Source of the DNA: Trypanosoma brucei
Taxonomy: Eukaryota
DNA length: 64,000 bases
Assembly: GCA_000002445.1 (NCBI GenBank)
Contig: CP000069.1
Location: forward strand, 1,280,001-1,344,000
Reading direction: 5' to 3'
Positions 44,623 to 56,144 of this stretch are shown piece by piece. The position numbers were made by a program, and so were the translations under genes. The first letter of the stretch is position 1, and every line of letters starts with the position of its first letter. Under the pieces are notes generated by a model. The model saw only the letters and a list, made by a program, of their open reading frames with translations, made no database searches and was not told the DNA's origin.

Positions 44623-47007
44623 ATGTCGGAGCCGACTACACCAATAGAACCTAACTGCCTTACATCAAGTGAGTGCGTGCGACGTGTCGCCAAATTGCTC
44701 GAGCAACTTGATGCCGCTGGCCTGCGGTATGACCCCGCGCAACCCCCAGCTCCCGATGCGGTGGAGAATATTCTTATTACGGACAAGTGGAGTTGTCGAA
44801 CCTGCGGTGCGACTGATGTGAGCACATGCCCTCATACTGGCCGCCCGCATCGCAGGTATCTTGTTCGCATCGCGCAAGACATTTTGCGGCTCATCGGTGC
44901 GAGAACTGGTCAGTTTGTCGTACGTCCGCCGAAGATGTCCAGCAGTATGGACGGGAGGTCGCGGTTGCGCAGTTTGCGTCGTGTGACGATGAACCCTCAG
45001 GCTCTTCTGTTGGCGTACTATTATGCTATTCCCTCGTGCGAAGAGGTGGATTCACTCGTTACTGAATGCGCTCAGCACTTCTTGGTTTTGTTGGGTCACC
45101 TTAATCAGTACGGAGCGCAGGGGGAAGTGAGTGGAGAGTACGCCGACGCACTTCTTTCATCGACAGCCCTCATGTGGCGTGAATACAGCAGAAGGATAGC
45201 AGAGGGACTGGACCTGTCTAAAATCACGGACCGCCAAGCTTGTAAGGATACCCTCCTTAATGCAACGAAGGAGACTTATTTGGCCGTCGCACGGGAAATC
45301 CGAATCTCTCCATCCAATGAATGTTTGAACGCGTTCCTCCAGCTTCTCCGCGTGCGCTTGGGACGTGTGGCACCGCAAGAGGATTTGGACAAACTTGAGG
45401 CGAGCGACCAGCAGCAGCAACGCTATGACGATGATGAGGAACAGGCAGAATTAAATCGCCATGGGAAGTGTAGTCTCAACAGGACCTCCCTTCTACAATC
45501 CTCCGCTCCTCCTGTTCTTCTGTCGGAGGGCAACACGAGTGGATCTGATGCAGAAGCGCCTTCGCCTGTTGCCATTGGTCCCCCGCTGCCGCCAAATTGG
45601 TACATCGACGAGCACGGCCGCTCAAGACCACCACAGGTAACTGAGGAGCAGCGTCGTAAGGAGAGGTTCTCCAGGATGGAGTTCCGTGCGAGAAAGGCGT
45701 ATGAAACGGTAATTAAAGTGCCTGAGCAGAAGGATGATCCTCTAAAGAAAGAAGTTATCGCTGCGCTGAACGATGCGCAACTCGGGATCCTTGCGGAGCA
45801 GTGCAATCAACAACCGCCGGATTTGCGTAATGTCCCCTCTTTCCTAAACCTTGTTGTTGAAGGCCTGTTGAATGCCCTTCCGCGTCGCCTGCGGTCACGT
45901 GTCGAGCAGGAGGTGCGCGACGTTTTGGATTGGAGGGTTGTGCGTCGGTCCGTAATGGGTAGTCCGGGGAACATTTCGGTCCTCACGCGGTACGTAATGG
46001 GAAAGGTAGCGCAATATGGGGCGCCGGCGAAGTCAGAGGAGACTCTGAGCCTCGCGGAGCGTATCAGTGAGGATCTGGAAAAGTGCCTCCCAGACTTGGG
46101 GACTGCAGTTGCCAACGCTTTTCGAGTCATGTTCTCTTCTATCCGCCAGCTGCACGAAGACGTAGCTCACTACTCATTACTGTATATAGCCCCCCAACTT
46201 CGGGACAATGCGGTGCCTTTTATGCGAGAGTTTATTGTTGAGTGCCTGCCGTCTGTAGAAAAGTGGGAGAGCTCACTTGCTTTTGTAAGGCGGTACTTTA
46301 ATGATGAGCGTGTAACGGCGTGGATAGCTTCGCCCGTCGCAGCGTCGCTAACAATTGTGACGGAGAGTGCAAAGCGACTCCGCGGATGTTTGGTATTTGG
46401 GCTGATAGATCTCCTGCGCAGTAGTGGTTGTCAGCCGAACGAACGGTGGCATGATTATCCGACAGAATGTTTCTTCTTTGAGAAACCGATTGTTTTTTTT
46501 GCTGCGAATGCCGTGCAGGAGTGTGCCTTGTTGCTGCTGCTCTCAGGAACGGTTTCTACTATCTTTAGAGCCAAGGGGATGGATTCTGCCACCATTAACG
46601 GTATTCTAAAGCAACTACACGACAAGTTTCGTCGTTTACTCTCCGAGCAACTGACACTCTCTCTTTTGAAGACGTGTGTAAGTGATTTGATGAGGAAAGT
46701 GCTGGTTGAAACGAAACCCGAGTGTGTTCTTACCGATGCGGAAGTTCAGCAGCTCAATGGCGCTGTCGAGAAAATGACCGACACGGGCTCCACCTTGTAC
46801 ATGACCTTCGAGAAGAGAATTATATTATTTATCGAAGCGGTTCTGGCACGCGGGGAAAATGACCCTGCACCACTTGGCCTGGTAACCGATTCCCTGAAGC
46901 AAGTTGCGGCTTTACTCCAACGCGCGCTGACTCTCAATTGGGAAGTTTATCGCCTCGTTTATGATGGATTGCTCTCTCATGTTGAGCAGCAGGAGGCGTC
47001 CGCTTAG
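44623..47007 (+). CDS. conserved hypothetical protein, ~794 aa
   Basis: Long ORF. ATG at 44623 (MSEPTTPIEPN) directly after a polypyrimidine tract; the upstream part of the track ORF is poly-Phe/Cys junk. No domain recognised. Confidence 0.7.
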   Translation: MSEPTTPIEPNCLTSSECVRRVAKLLEQLDAAGLRYDPAQPPAPDAVENILITDKWSCRTCGATDVSTCPHTGRPHRRYLVRIAQDILRLIGARTGQFVVRPPKMSSSMDGRSRLRSLRRVTMNPQALLLAYYYAIPSCEEVDSLVTECAQHFLVLLGHLNQYGAQGEVSGEYADALLSSTALMWREYSRRIAEGLDLSKITDRQACKDTLLNATKETYLAVAREIRISPSNECLNAFLQLLRVRLGRVAPQEDLDKLEASDQQQQRYDDDEEQAELNRHGKCSLNRTSLLQSSAPPVLLSEGNTSGSDAEAPSPVAIGPPLPPNWYIDEHGRSRPPQVTEEQRRKERFSRMEFRARKAYETVIKVPEQKDDPLKKEVIAALNDAQLGILAEQCNQQPPDLRNVPSFLNLVVEGLLNALPRRLRSRVEQEVRDVLDWRVVRRSVMGSPGNISVLTRYVMGKVAQYGAPAKSEETLSLAERISEDLEKCLPDLGTAVANAFRVMFSSIRQLHEDVAHYSLLYIAPQLRDNAVPFMREFIVECLPSVEKWESSLAFVRRYFNDERVTAWIASPVAASLTIVTESAKRLRGCLVFGLIDLLRSSGCQPNERWHDYPTECFFFEKPIVFFAANAVQECALLLLLSGTVSTIFRAKGMDSATINGILKQLHDKFRRLLSEQLTLSLLKTCVSDLMRKVLVETKPECVLTDAEVQQLNGAVEKMTDTGSTLYMTFEKRIILFIEAVLARGENDPAPLGLVTDSLKQVAALLQRALTLNWEVYRLVYDGLLSHVEQQEASA

Positions 47008-48289
47008 TTTTTGTGCGAAATGTAGGTGTGAGTGGGGGCGCGCGTGTGGAGATACAATACGAGCTTGCATTTGTTTCCCCTCGCTGCTATATTATTTCCG
47101 ATTTTTACTTTTCTGCACCTTCGTTTTCGTTTCCCCTCTCTGTCGTTCCTCGCTTGCTTCCCGTTTTGTGTTATGTTGCTGTCTTTTGTTTTTTTGTTTT
47201 TTGTTTTCCTATCACCAGGGGACGTACCGGAAGAGCGATCTGAAGCGAAAGCAGAAGTGTGGCCACCGCACAAGATGCGTGATGTAACATCACCAATTCT
47301 TATTGTAGTTGTATATTGAACCGTCAATGCTGCATCCGCTGTCTCCTTTGTCATTGTTCCGAGATCTACAAAAGTGTACATAACCTGGAGGAAAAAAAGA
47401 ATTCAATCAAAAAAAAAAAAGTCTCCTTACACACACCGGCGCCGCGATGAGGGAGGCCTACTTTTTTCCTACTTTTTTTTGCCGCTATCTCGATTGGTCG
47501 CTTCTTTTTATCCCTATTTATTTATTTGCTTCTCCCCTCGTTTGTATATCTTCACGTAAATGTTCGATATTTATATATATATATTTATACAATTGATATT
47601 ATACCTATGATGATTATTATTGTTATATTTTGTTGCACTTCACTATGGACGTATCGTAAGTGTGCAGTTATCGTTTGGTACAACTGCAGTCATTCCATTC
47701 GTGTTTGTTGTTGTCTTGTTTGTTTGTGTCCTCAGGCGGTTGATTTTTATTATATGAACAAACTCCATTCCGCGCGTGCTCTGAGTTTACTTCTATTTTT
47801 TGTTGTTATGTTTTATTTTCCCCCTGTTGTGCTCGCTGCTTCTATGCTTACCATTCACTATTTTCTCTCCATCTTTTTTTTTTCTCGTTTTGTATTTTTC
47901 TCCTCGTATATGTGAGCCCACTGACCAATATCAACGGGGTTAACACACACAAAAAGTATATTACACGCGGTCCAAATACGTAGCAGAGACGGAGGAAAGG
48001 AAGGGGAAAAAAATAATTAAAACGCAAACTAAAATAAAAGGGAAGGCAATATTAATAGGGGCAAAGGAATAAGTGAGGCGGGATACGTAACAACAGCAGT
48101 GCTTAATAACAATAATAATAGAACAAAGGATAACAAGAGGGGAAAGGCACCAAGAAGAGGGTGTGGAGAATATACCAACGTGGAGGTTATTCACCACGCG
48201 ATATTTTGATTTACCATAGCTTTATTATTGTTTGTTTTCTTTTTGAGGAGTTCGTGACATCTTAGCGGGTTTTGGGTCCCACAGGAATC

Positions 48290-50497
48290 ATGTACCCCCG
48301 ACACGATGATGTGAGTTTGTTTCAACGTTTTGTTAATGATCACAAATTGGAGGAGAAGGGCCTTCCTCTCTATCAACTAGCGCAGCTCGAGGGAACGGAT
48401 CAGGTCATGTTGGGAGTGGATGGTACAAAGATTATTGACATGATTACGCAGGCGGTGCGGGAAAGAGAAAAGATGGCTATTTACACCTACACCACACCTT
48501 ACACGGTGTACGAAAAAATAAATGAGTTTCGGACAATGTTTCAGTCTATCAAAAATTGTACCCCAGTTTTTGTTTTTAACGGTATCCAGTATTCTCCAGA
48601 TTCTGCTGAGGAATTTGGAAGAGAGAAGAACGTGGTACCAAGCGAAGTAGCCGCTCTCACCGGGACGGACAGCTCGAGGTTGAGTAACACGACGAATGTT
48701 CGCTTTGCGGAGATTCACAAAAAAACCGCTAACCGATTTGTTGTGGAGGAGGATGTTGAAGGACAAATTATCAGAATTTTTCGATCAGAATTCAAGAATA
48801 CCATTCGTGCTCCTTACTTAGCCTGGGCTCAACTCTCCTCCTTCCGCCACTGTAACCACCGGCACATATCTGAAGTGTATGGTTGTTTGGAGCTACTTGC
48901 CTTCCCTGGCATTGATCGTGTTGTGACAAATATCAACCCAACAAGGGGAACTTTCGATGTGGTGTATAAGGCACGGGTTCTAGAGGCAGCTCGTTTGAGT
49001 GAAGAAGATCTGAGCAGCCTAATTTTGGTCGAGAGTCGGAGTCGTGTGATGAGGACTGTCACCCTTAAGTTTTCATCACTTGAGGATATGATAAAGAAGG
49101 TTGTTCGGTATAAGGGCTCCACTATTGGGGCTTCATTTGCACAACAACTTCACGAGGAGGCGATACGAGCCAGCGAGGCAAATCGCATGCGTGCGTCCAA
49201 CCAAAGGGGCGCCGCATTTCGCAATCTCTCTGCGTTCGCAAGCCCGGTGCTAACCTTGACTCCACCCCACTGCCTTCCTCTACATTTTCTCTACGGGATT
49301 CCGGGGTTTCCTCATGCCGACGCGGAGTCCTTCGTGGGGCTTCCGCTTCCGCCCGTGTTGTATTACATCATGTCAGCAGGGTTGCTGTCTCCGAGCCTCT
49401 TTGCTGCAGTCTCGCAGGAAACTGTGGTGGATGACTGGCCGCTTGTAGACTCCATCAAGTACAGAGACGTAGCTGAAACTGTATTGCCTCTGCGGGTGCA
49501 AACGATTTACCAGCTCGCCTGGACGATGAGCCGGGGCCTCGGTTCTATCTCATGGTTTCGTCGCTACAACGTTCTCCCGGCACGCGTGAGCAAATTGCAC
49601 GTGCCCCCAGCGATCCAACTTGATGGTTGGGCACTCCATAGCGTCACCGTACCCCGTGGCCTTCACCTCGTTGACGTGATGGAGTTCGCGCATCTCGCTT
49701 GCTCAGTTGATCAGGTGATTTACAATACAATGGAGGAAACTTACGCCGCAATTCTGCTGCAGTCCCTTGACTTACTTGGTTACCTAACGCACGAAACGCA
49801 GGACTTGCACGAGGAGGGCCAGTCAAGTGAGCCGTCAACATTCGGCCGAGCGCTGCAACTGTGCAGTGTGCCCACGCTGAGTGAGTACACCGTTCTGCTT
49901 ATTGAATTGGCCCGCACGAATGCCATCTCCACCGAGCCATTCCGAATTACTACGGAAGAAGTTAGTCCGCGCGATACCCCTCGTGATATTGTTTTCGCCA
50001 GCCGTGTTTTGTCCATTATTCCTTTGAATGTATCGGGACCTTGGACGGCACCCATCGACGCAGAATTAGCAGCCTTCAGTATGCTGTCGCGCATGATTTC
50101 TCGCTCGATACGCCAGCTCCTTGAGGCGATTACTACGTTGATGTTCTCAAAAGGGAGGACACACGTACCTTTGCACAGGATAGGCGAGATCCAGCGGCTT
50201 CTTCCCTTCTCCACGCCTGTTGAGTTTGGTTGCGGTGTGCTTGTTGAATACATGCTCATGAAGGATAAATGTACCCTAAAGGATCTTGAGGAGGCATTTC
50301 CTGAATGCACTTACCTCCGCCACGACCTCGCAACTCTTTTCTACTTCTGGGATCTGGCAGTGCAAGTGCTTCAGCGCATTGAAACGAAGGAAAACTTTTG
50401 CGTTGACCAGCATTGTCTTTCAAGCGCTAATGAGCGAATGAAGAGAGCCCAGAAGAATCTTAACATCCTCACGGGAGTGCGAGAAACATATTATTGA
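48290..50497 (+). CDS. conserved hypothetical protein, ~735 aa
   Basis: Long ORF. cccacAGgaatcATG context. No domain recognised. Confidence 0.7.
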   Translation: MYPRHDDVSLFQRFVNDHKLEEKGLPLYQLAQLEGTDQVMLGVDGTKIIDMITQAVREREKMAIYTYTTPYTVYEKINEFRTMFQSIKNCTPVFVFNGIQYSPDSAEEFGREKNVVPSEVAALTGTDSSRLSNTTNVRFAEIHKKTANRFVVEEDVEGQIIRIFRSEFKNTIRAPYLAWAQLSSFRHCNHRHISEVYGCLELLAFPGIDRVVTNINPTRGTFDVVYKARVLEAARLSEEDLSSLILVESRSRVMRTVTLKFSSLEDMIKKVVRYKGSTIGASFAQQLHEEAIRASEANRMRASNQRGAAFRNLSAFASPVLTLTPPHCLPLHFLYGIPGFPHADAESFVGLPLPPVLYYIMSAGLLSPSLFAAVSQETVVDDWPLVDSIKYRDVAETVLPLRVQTIYQLAWTMSRGLGSISWFRRYNVLPARVSKLHVPPAIQLDGWALHSVTVPRGLHLVDVMEFAHLACSVDQVIYNTMEETYAAILLQSLDLLGYLTHETQDLHEEGQSSEPSTFGRALQLCSVPTLSEYTVLLIELARTNAISTEPFRITTEEVSPRDTPRDIVFASRVLSIIPLNVSGPWTAPIDAELAAFSMLSRMISRSIRQLLEAITTLMFSKGRTHVPLHRIGEIQRLLPFSTPVEFGCGVLVEYMLMKDKCTLKDLEEAFPECTYLRHDLATLFYFWDLAVQVLQRIETKENFCVDQHCLSSANERMKRAQKNLNILTGVRETYY

Positions 50498-50831
50498 GGT
50501 ACCGAAGTAGTGGTGTACACCCCTTTACCCACTACTCCTAAAGGTGTCTCGGAGTTTTTAACGCTCCTTGTTGAGCGGAGCCAAGTATTAGCGTAAAGAT
50601 GGAAAAGGGCAGAGAAAGAAAAAAGGAAAAGAACATTGATTGTGACCAAAGACACGATAATTAAAAATTTTTTTTTTTGATAGAGAGCATGACGAAATAT
50701 CGGGTGGGAGGGTAAGAAAAGAAAAAAAAAGAAGAAAGGGGAAGAATTGAAGTTGCGGGAACATAAAATAAGGGATCACGTAGAAAACAGGTAAATGAAA
50801 AGAATATCCACCATACCCAACAGCAAACAAT

Positions 50832-50852
50832 TATATATATATATATATATAT
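50832..50852. repeat. (TA)n microsatellite
   Basis: read directly. Confidence 0.9.
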
Positions 50853-51434
50853 TAAATGGCAATCAGAAGTTTGAAGGGGGTAAATGAACCGAGAAGGAAA
50901 GGAAAGAACGAAAAAGAAAAGAAACCCGATGGGGGGGGGTGAATAATAACGACGAAGGCGGAAGGCGGAGGAGGAGGGGGAAGAAGAAGAGAATTTTAAT
51001 GAAGTTGCGGAATGAGAAAGAAAAAGCGGGAGTTGGGAGCGAGCGAAAGAGTGGTTGAAAGGAGGGGGAAAATGCAAGAAAAAAACTCCTGTTTAATTAT
51101 GATTGAGAGGAAGGGGATATGTCTCATGTGTGACGCCTTTTTCGGTTTTTTGACATGTTGAAATGAGATGTGGTTGAACTTTGGCCGTTTTGCTTCTTCC
51201 TTTTCCTTTCCTTTATTTCCATTTAATCCTCTTCCCGCTGTTTGTCGTCTCCCTACGCATAGTAGGGTCATATTTTCATTTTTCTCTCTCCCCCACTCGC
51301 ACGGTACGGTTTCTTTTTCCCTTTCTTTCCTGGTATGTGTGCTATTTTTATTGTTGTTATTATTATTATAATTACTGTTGTTTGGTATTCATCGACTTGT
51401 ACTCCTTGTGGTTATTTCTATATTTCTATATTTC

Positions 51435-51486
51435 TATATGCATATATATATATATATATATTTGTGTGTGTGTGTGTGTGTGTGTA
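51435..51486. repeat. compound (TA)n(TG)n microsatellite
   Basis: tatatatatatatatatttgtgtgtgtgtgtgtgtgtgtgtgtac read directly. Confidence 0.9.
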
Positions 51487-54044
51487 CGTTTCGTTGTCGT
51501 GTTTTGTGCTGCTTTGTTACTTCCCCTCATTTGTTGTTGCCCCCCCCCGTCCCTGCTCCTTTTTGTGACTTTTTGTTTTTTTAAATATATTTTCGTTGTT
51601 TGTTGGCCTGAATCTGCCGCAGCACAATGTGCGGCAGGAAATTCTTTCTTGAATTTTTTTCTCTTCCCTTATTTCTGTTGTTAATCACTAAAGGAACGGG
51701 AAGTGTGTCAGTTACTTTTTTCTTTGTGTTTTCTTTTTTTTTTTTTGACGAAGGAGCTTGGAATGATATTTTTGCAAGAAAAAAAAAGAAAAAAATTAAA
51801 ATAGGAGTAGGAGGATGAGAAAATGATAGAGGGATTTTGTGGCAGCTGTAATGTGTTGGTGTAGGCTTACTAAAGGGACCACTGTAGTTATTTGGTTTAA
51901 GACGGAAGGAAGCACGCAAAGCAAAGGAAAAAGGGTGAAAACGGGGGAGGGGGGAGGGGAGAAAATGAAAGAGAGAGAGAGAAAAAAAAAGACAAGTTGC
52001 TGCGGCAGAGATATTCTTTTTTTCTTTTTCTTTTTTTTTTGTCGTTCCTCCTTTTTTTTTTTTGGTGAGTGAGGCGAGGAAGGTGGTGATCGATTAGATG
52101 TGTTTGAATAAACATGCGCAACCACCTGCTTCCACACGTCCATGCTTGTTTACGCATATTATATTGTTATATATGTGCATAAACTCTGGGTTTCTTGATC
52201 TTACCATACCATGCCATACCGTGCCTTACCTTATCTTATCTTATTTTTATTTTATTTTGTTTTTTGTTTTTGGTTATTGTTGAGGGGTGTGGGACACGCT
52301 ACGAAAGGCGATTTGTAGTTTTTTTTGTTTAATTCTCTTTTTTCTTTTTTGTGTTTGTTTGTTTGTTTGTTGTCCACCCTTCTTTCTTTCTTTTTGTTTT
52401 GTTTTTGTTGTTGTATTTTTCAATCTTCTTTCGCTGAAAGATGTGGTTATTTTCAGGATAGGGAGAGAGGAAAGATTACGCATTAAGATATTTATATTGT
52501 TAATACATAGAGAGATAGTGTTTTTTTTTTAAATTTTCCACCTTCTCCTCCTCCTCCTCCTCATTTGTTGGTGCTGGAGAGAAGAGGAAAGGGGGGGGGT
52601 GGTGGTGTAAAGATTGGTGGGAGAGGTAAATACAGACACGAAAAAGAATAAAAAAAAATGAAAAGAAGGAACGAAGAGCGTATGAAGTTGAATTTAAGTT
52701 GAAGTCTGAGAGGAAATGTGTTTTGTGTTTGTGTGTGCGCATATGTGAGATGACGCCAAAGGGGAATGCGAAGGGATGAATGGAATGGGATTAAATTAAA
52801 GGAAATGAAATGAAACGTGGGGTTTGTTTTGCAGCAGCGTACCAAACATGGAGGCGAGCGGTTTATCTTATGGAAGGAAGGTGTTTGGGGTCAGGGAGGA
52901 GAAGGAAAAGAAAAAAAAACAGGGAGGGGTACCAAAGGGAAATGTGGTGAATATTTATACATATATTTATATATACACATACATACATATATATGTATGT
53001 GTATCTTGCCATTATTTTTGAATACGCTTGGGGTTGTCAATCGCTGTGTGAGGGAAATCATGCAATGAAATGAGTAAGGTTGCATATGCGTGAATGTAGT
53101 GACTTGTAGTCAAGAGGAGGAGTACTTATATCAAAATTAGATTTGTTCTCTTCCATTGCCACAATGTGCTGCAGACGACTGAGGTGAAGGTCTTGATTTG
53201 CTTGAGCCTATTTCCCTTTTTTTTTTTGATTGATTGATTTTACTTTTTCTTTTTCTTTCCTCCATCCTTTTCGGCCTTTTCGTCTCTATTCCCTTCCCTT
53301 CATTTGCATCCGTCTGTAGTCGTGCTCAGCACAGACGGCGCCTCGCTTTCGACGTGTCCATGCGGTATGATTGACGGGAACGTGTCAGAGGATACACACA
53401 CGAAAAAACAACAACAACAAGAACAACAACAGCAGCCGAAGAGCTAAGCAAAAGAAAAAAAAAAGAAGCACACAAACTCACATATAAAAGAGAAGGAAAT
53501 AAATGTGTGAGAGGTGTTTGTGCTGAAGCCGGGTGCAGATTCTGATGGTTTCGTCGCGGCAGAGGATGGAGGAGGAATGTTGCGGACGCTAAATATCTTT
53601 TTGACGGCCTCTATTCTTTACGTTTCTTTACGTTTCTTCTTTTTTTTTTTTTGATTCCCTTTCTTTCACTTTTTTTTTTTCTTGCAGCCACTTTTCTTCC
53701 TTTGTTTTTCTACCCCTTTCGTTTTTTGTTGTGGTACTAGTGGTTAAGTTTGTTTCTTTGTGTCAACTTTGTTTCTTTTTCTTCCCGTTTTGCGTGTTGG
53801 CAACTGGTAATACCGGTAGCGGCCGTGTGTGCCTTCAAACCGCACCTCTGAAACCATTTCGCTGAAGGTAAATTATGTTTCTTTCTTTTCTCTCAACTTG
53901 CTGATGATGATCATGTCGCGAGCCACAGACTTCATTTTGTTGTCCTATTTCTTTTTTTTAAAATTATTTTCTACATCTTTATGCCTCTTATTTTCAATCA
54001 ATGCCGGGGTAGTCCCTCCCCTCCCACAGTGCAAGCACTTAACA

Positions 54045-56144
54045 ATGGTAAGTGGACCTACAGCTACTGCGGTTGTGCAACATAAGCGGATTCGTGAGGA
54101 TGAAGATGACATTTTCGATGGGGAGCGGGATGATGAAATGTCAGCCGGTTGTGTTAATATGGCAAAGATATTTTTACGTACACCACCGGATCCATACGGC
54201 GGCTGTCATGCATCGGTATGGCCTCGACCTCAAGAGAACCAAAAGCAGGGGCCGGACACTGTTCCTTATGCCGCTGTTGCGGATACTCTTGCGGATATTA
54301 GCGCGGAGAGTTCAAGGTTGGAGTGCATTCGACTCCTTTCAAACTTTCTCGTGGCTGTCATACAACGCAATCCAATAGATTTGGTTCCTGTTGTTTATCT
54401 CGTAATAAACAAGCAAGGGCCAGCCCATGAGGGGATAGAACTTGGTGTCGGCGATGCTCTGCTACTGAAAGTTGTTGCGGAATGTTGTGGCATAACGGAA
54501 GCACGTGCGAAGGAGGAATATAGACAAACTGGCGACTTGGCCGAGGTGGCACAGAGCAAAAAGCGCATACAATCCACCCTTGTGAAACCCAAGCGCTTGA
54601 CTGCACTAGCAGTGTTTCAGGCGTTGCGTGAAATTGCCCTCATGAGTGGGAAAGATGTGGCACGGCGCCGTGGTGACGTAATAAAGAGGCTCCTTCGTGA
54701 TGCCGTGGGTCCCGAGGTCAACTTGATTGTTCGAGCTTTGCAGCAGAAGATGCGTGTGGGGCTAGCGGAGACTTCTGTTCTTGCAGCTGTCGGTTACGCC
54801 TTTGCTATGAGCAACATTGGCGTTGCAAAAATACCATCTCTTACCCCAGAACAGCTGCAAAGGGAATTAAACGTTGGTGCGGCTAATCTCACTCGTACAT
54901 ACAATGAAGTTCCCTGTCTTGACGTTGTTTTGGCTGCTGTGTTGCAGCACGGCCTTGAAGTGATTGTTCCGACGTCTGCGGAAGCGAATATGCATGCGCG
55001 TGCCCTCTCCGTTCGCCCCGGTATTCCAGTGAAACCGCAACTTGCCCACCCAACCAGTGGTGTAAGTGTTATTTTGGATCGATTTAATGGCAAAGCATTC
55101 ACCTCTGAATACAAGTATGATGGTGAGCGGGCTCAAATTCACTATACGAGGAGTAGTGGAGTTCAGATCTTTTCACGCAACTCTGAAACAAACACGAGCA
55201 AGTACCCCGATATTATATCTATGCTTCCTGAAGCGTTTTCGGTTGACACCGTTGATTCTTTCATAATTGATGCTGAAGTGGTGGCGGTGGACAAGGTGAC
55301 TGGTGCTTTACAGGCTTTTCAGGTGCTACAACATCGGGGACGGAAAAACGTTTCGTTTGACAACGTTAAGGTTCCCGTATGCGTGTTCGCTTTTGACATT
55401 TTGTACTTCAATGGTGAACCACAGATGTCGAAGACGCTTTCCCAGCGCAGAGAAGTGCTCCACACCCATTTTAAACCAGTTTCCACGAAGTTTCGGTTTG
55501 CCGAGTACCTGGACAGCAATGATGTGGATGACATTCAGGCCTTCCTGGATCGCGCCATAAGAGATGGGACGGAGGGACTTATGGTGAAGACGCTCGAAGA
55601 GGAGTCGACGTATGTGCCAGCAAAACGTTCGCACTACTGGCTGAAACTCAAAAAAGATTATATGGATGGTGTTACCGATACGCTTGACCTCGTTCCCATT
55701 GGTGCATACTACGGGAAAGGGAAACGCACCGGTGTTTTTGGTGGATTTCTTCTCGCATGCTACGACGGTGAGGGTGACGAGTATCAGAGTATATGCAAGA
55801 TTGGAACTGGGTTTCAGGACGATCAGCTTGAGGCCATCACCAAATCACTCCAACCATCTATATTGGATGAACAACCGCGCTACTACCGCACTGAAGATAA
55901 GCCGGATGTGTGGTTTCAGGCATCGCAAGTGTGGGAAGTGAAGGCTGCTGATCTTTCTATATCCCCTGCCCATTTCGCTGCATATGGGTTAGTAGATGCT
56001 TCAAAGGGAATTGCACTGCGGTTTCCGCGGTTTATTCGCGTGCGTGAGGACAAGAAGGTGCATGAGGCCACATCGGCTGCACAGGTTGCAGAGATGTACC
56101 ACAATCAATCGCTCGCTCAAAGGGGTGTGGGCGATATGGAGTAA
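54045..56144 (+). CDS. LIG1: ATP-dependent DNA ligase I (replicative ligase), ~699 aa
   Basis: Adenylation motif I KYDGERAQIH. EGLMVK. DNA-binding, adenylation and OB-fold regions in eukaryotic Lig I order. ATG at 54045 follows a polypyrimidine tract and cccacAG acceptor. Confidence 0.9.
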   Translation: MVSGPTATAVVQHKRIREDEDDIFDGERDDEMSAGCVNMAKIFLRTPPDPYGGCHASVWPRPQENQKQGPDTVPYAAVADTLADISAESSRLECIRLLSNFLVAVIQRNPIDLVPVVYLVINKQGPAHEGIELGVGDALLLKVVAECCGITEARAKEEYRQTGDLAEVAQSKKRIQSTLVKPKRLTALAVFQALREIALMSGKDVARRRGDVIKRLLRDAVGPEVNLIVRALQQKMRVGLAETSVLAAVGYAFAMSNIGVAKIPSLTPEQLQRELNVGAANLTRTYNEVPCLDVVLAAVLQHGLEVIVPTSAEANMHARALSVRPGIPVKPQLAHPTSGVSVILDRFNGKAFTSEYKYDGERAQIHYTRSSGVQIFSRNSETNTSKYPDIISMLPEAFSVDTVDSFIIDAEVVAVDKVTGALQAFQVLQHRGRKNVSFDNVKVPVCVFAFDILYFNGEPQMSKTLSQRREVLHTHFKPVSTKFRFAEYLDSNDVDDIQAFLDRAIRDGTEGLMVKTLEEESTYVPAKRSHYWLKLKKDYMDGVTDTLDLVPIGAYYGKGKRTGVFGGFLLACYDGEGDEYQSICKIGTGFQDDQLEAITKSLQPSILDEQPRYYRTEDKPDVWFQASQVWEVKAADLSISPAHFAAYGLVDASKGIALRFPRFIRVREDKKVHEATSAAQVAEMYHNQSLAQRGVGDME

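Larger units (their letters stand above)
50590..53800. repeat. ~3.2 kb low-complexity block of alternating polypurine and polypyrimidine segments with embedded microsatellites
   Basis: Purine-rich 50590-51120. Pyrimidine-rich 51160-51760. Purine-rich 51760-52010. Pyrimidine-rich 52010-52450. Purine-rich 52540-52990. Pyrimidine-rich 53200-53800. (CTC)n at ~52535-52560. Every ORF here is homopolymeric-codon junk (F/L/S or K/E/R/G). Confidence 0.6.

Noticed and set aside
51181-51684. 167-aa ORF and neighbouring 60-120 aa ORFs on both strands in 50588-53085
   Set aside because: All derive from polypurine/polypyrimidine or dinucleotide repeats (poly-F/L/S or K/E/R/G translations). They are artefacts of low-complexity DNA.
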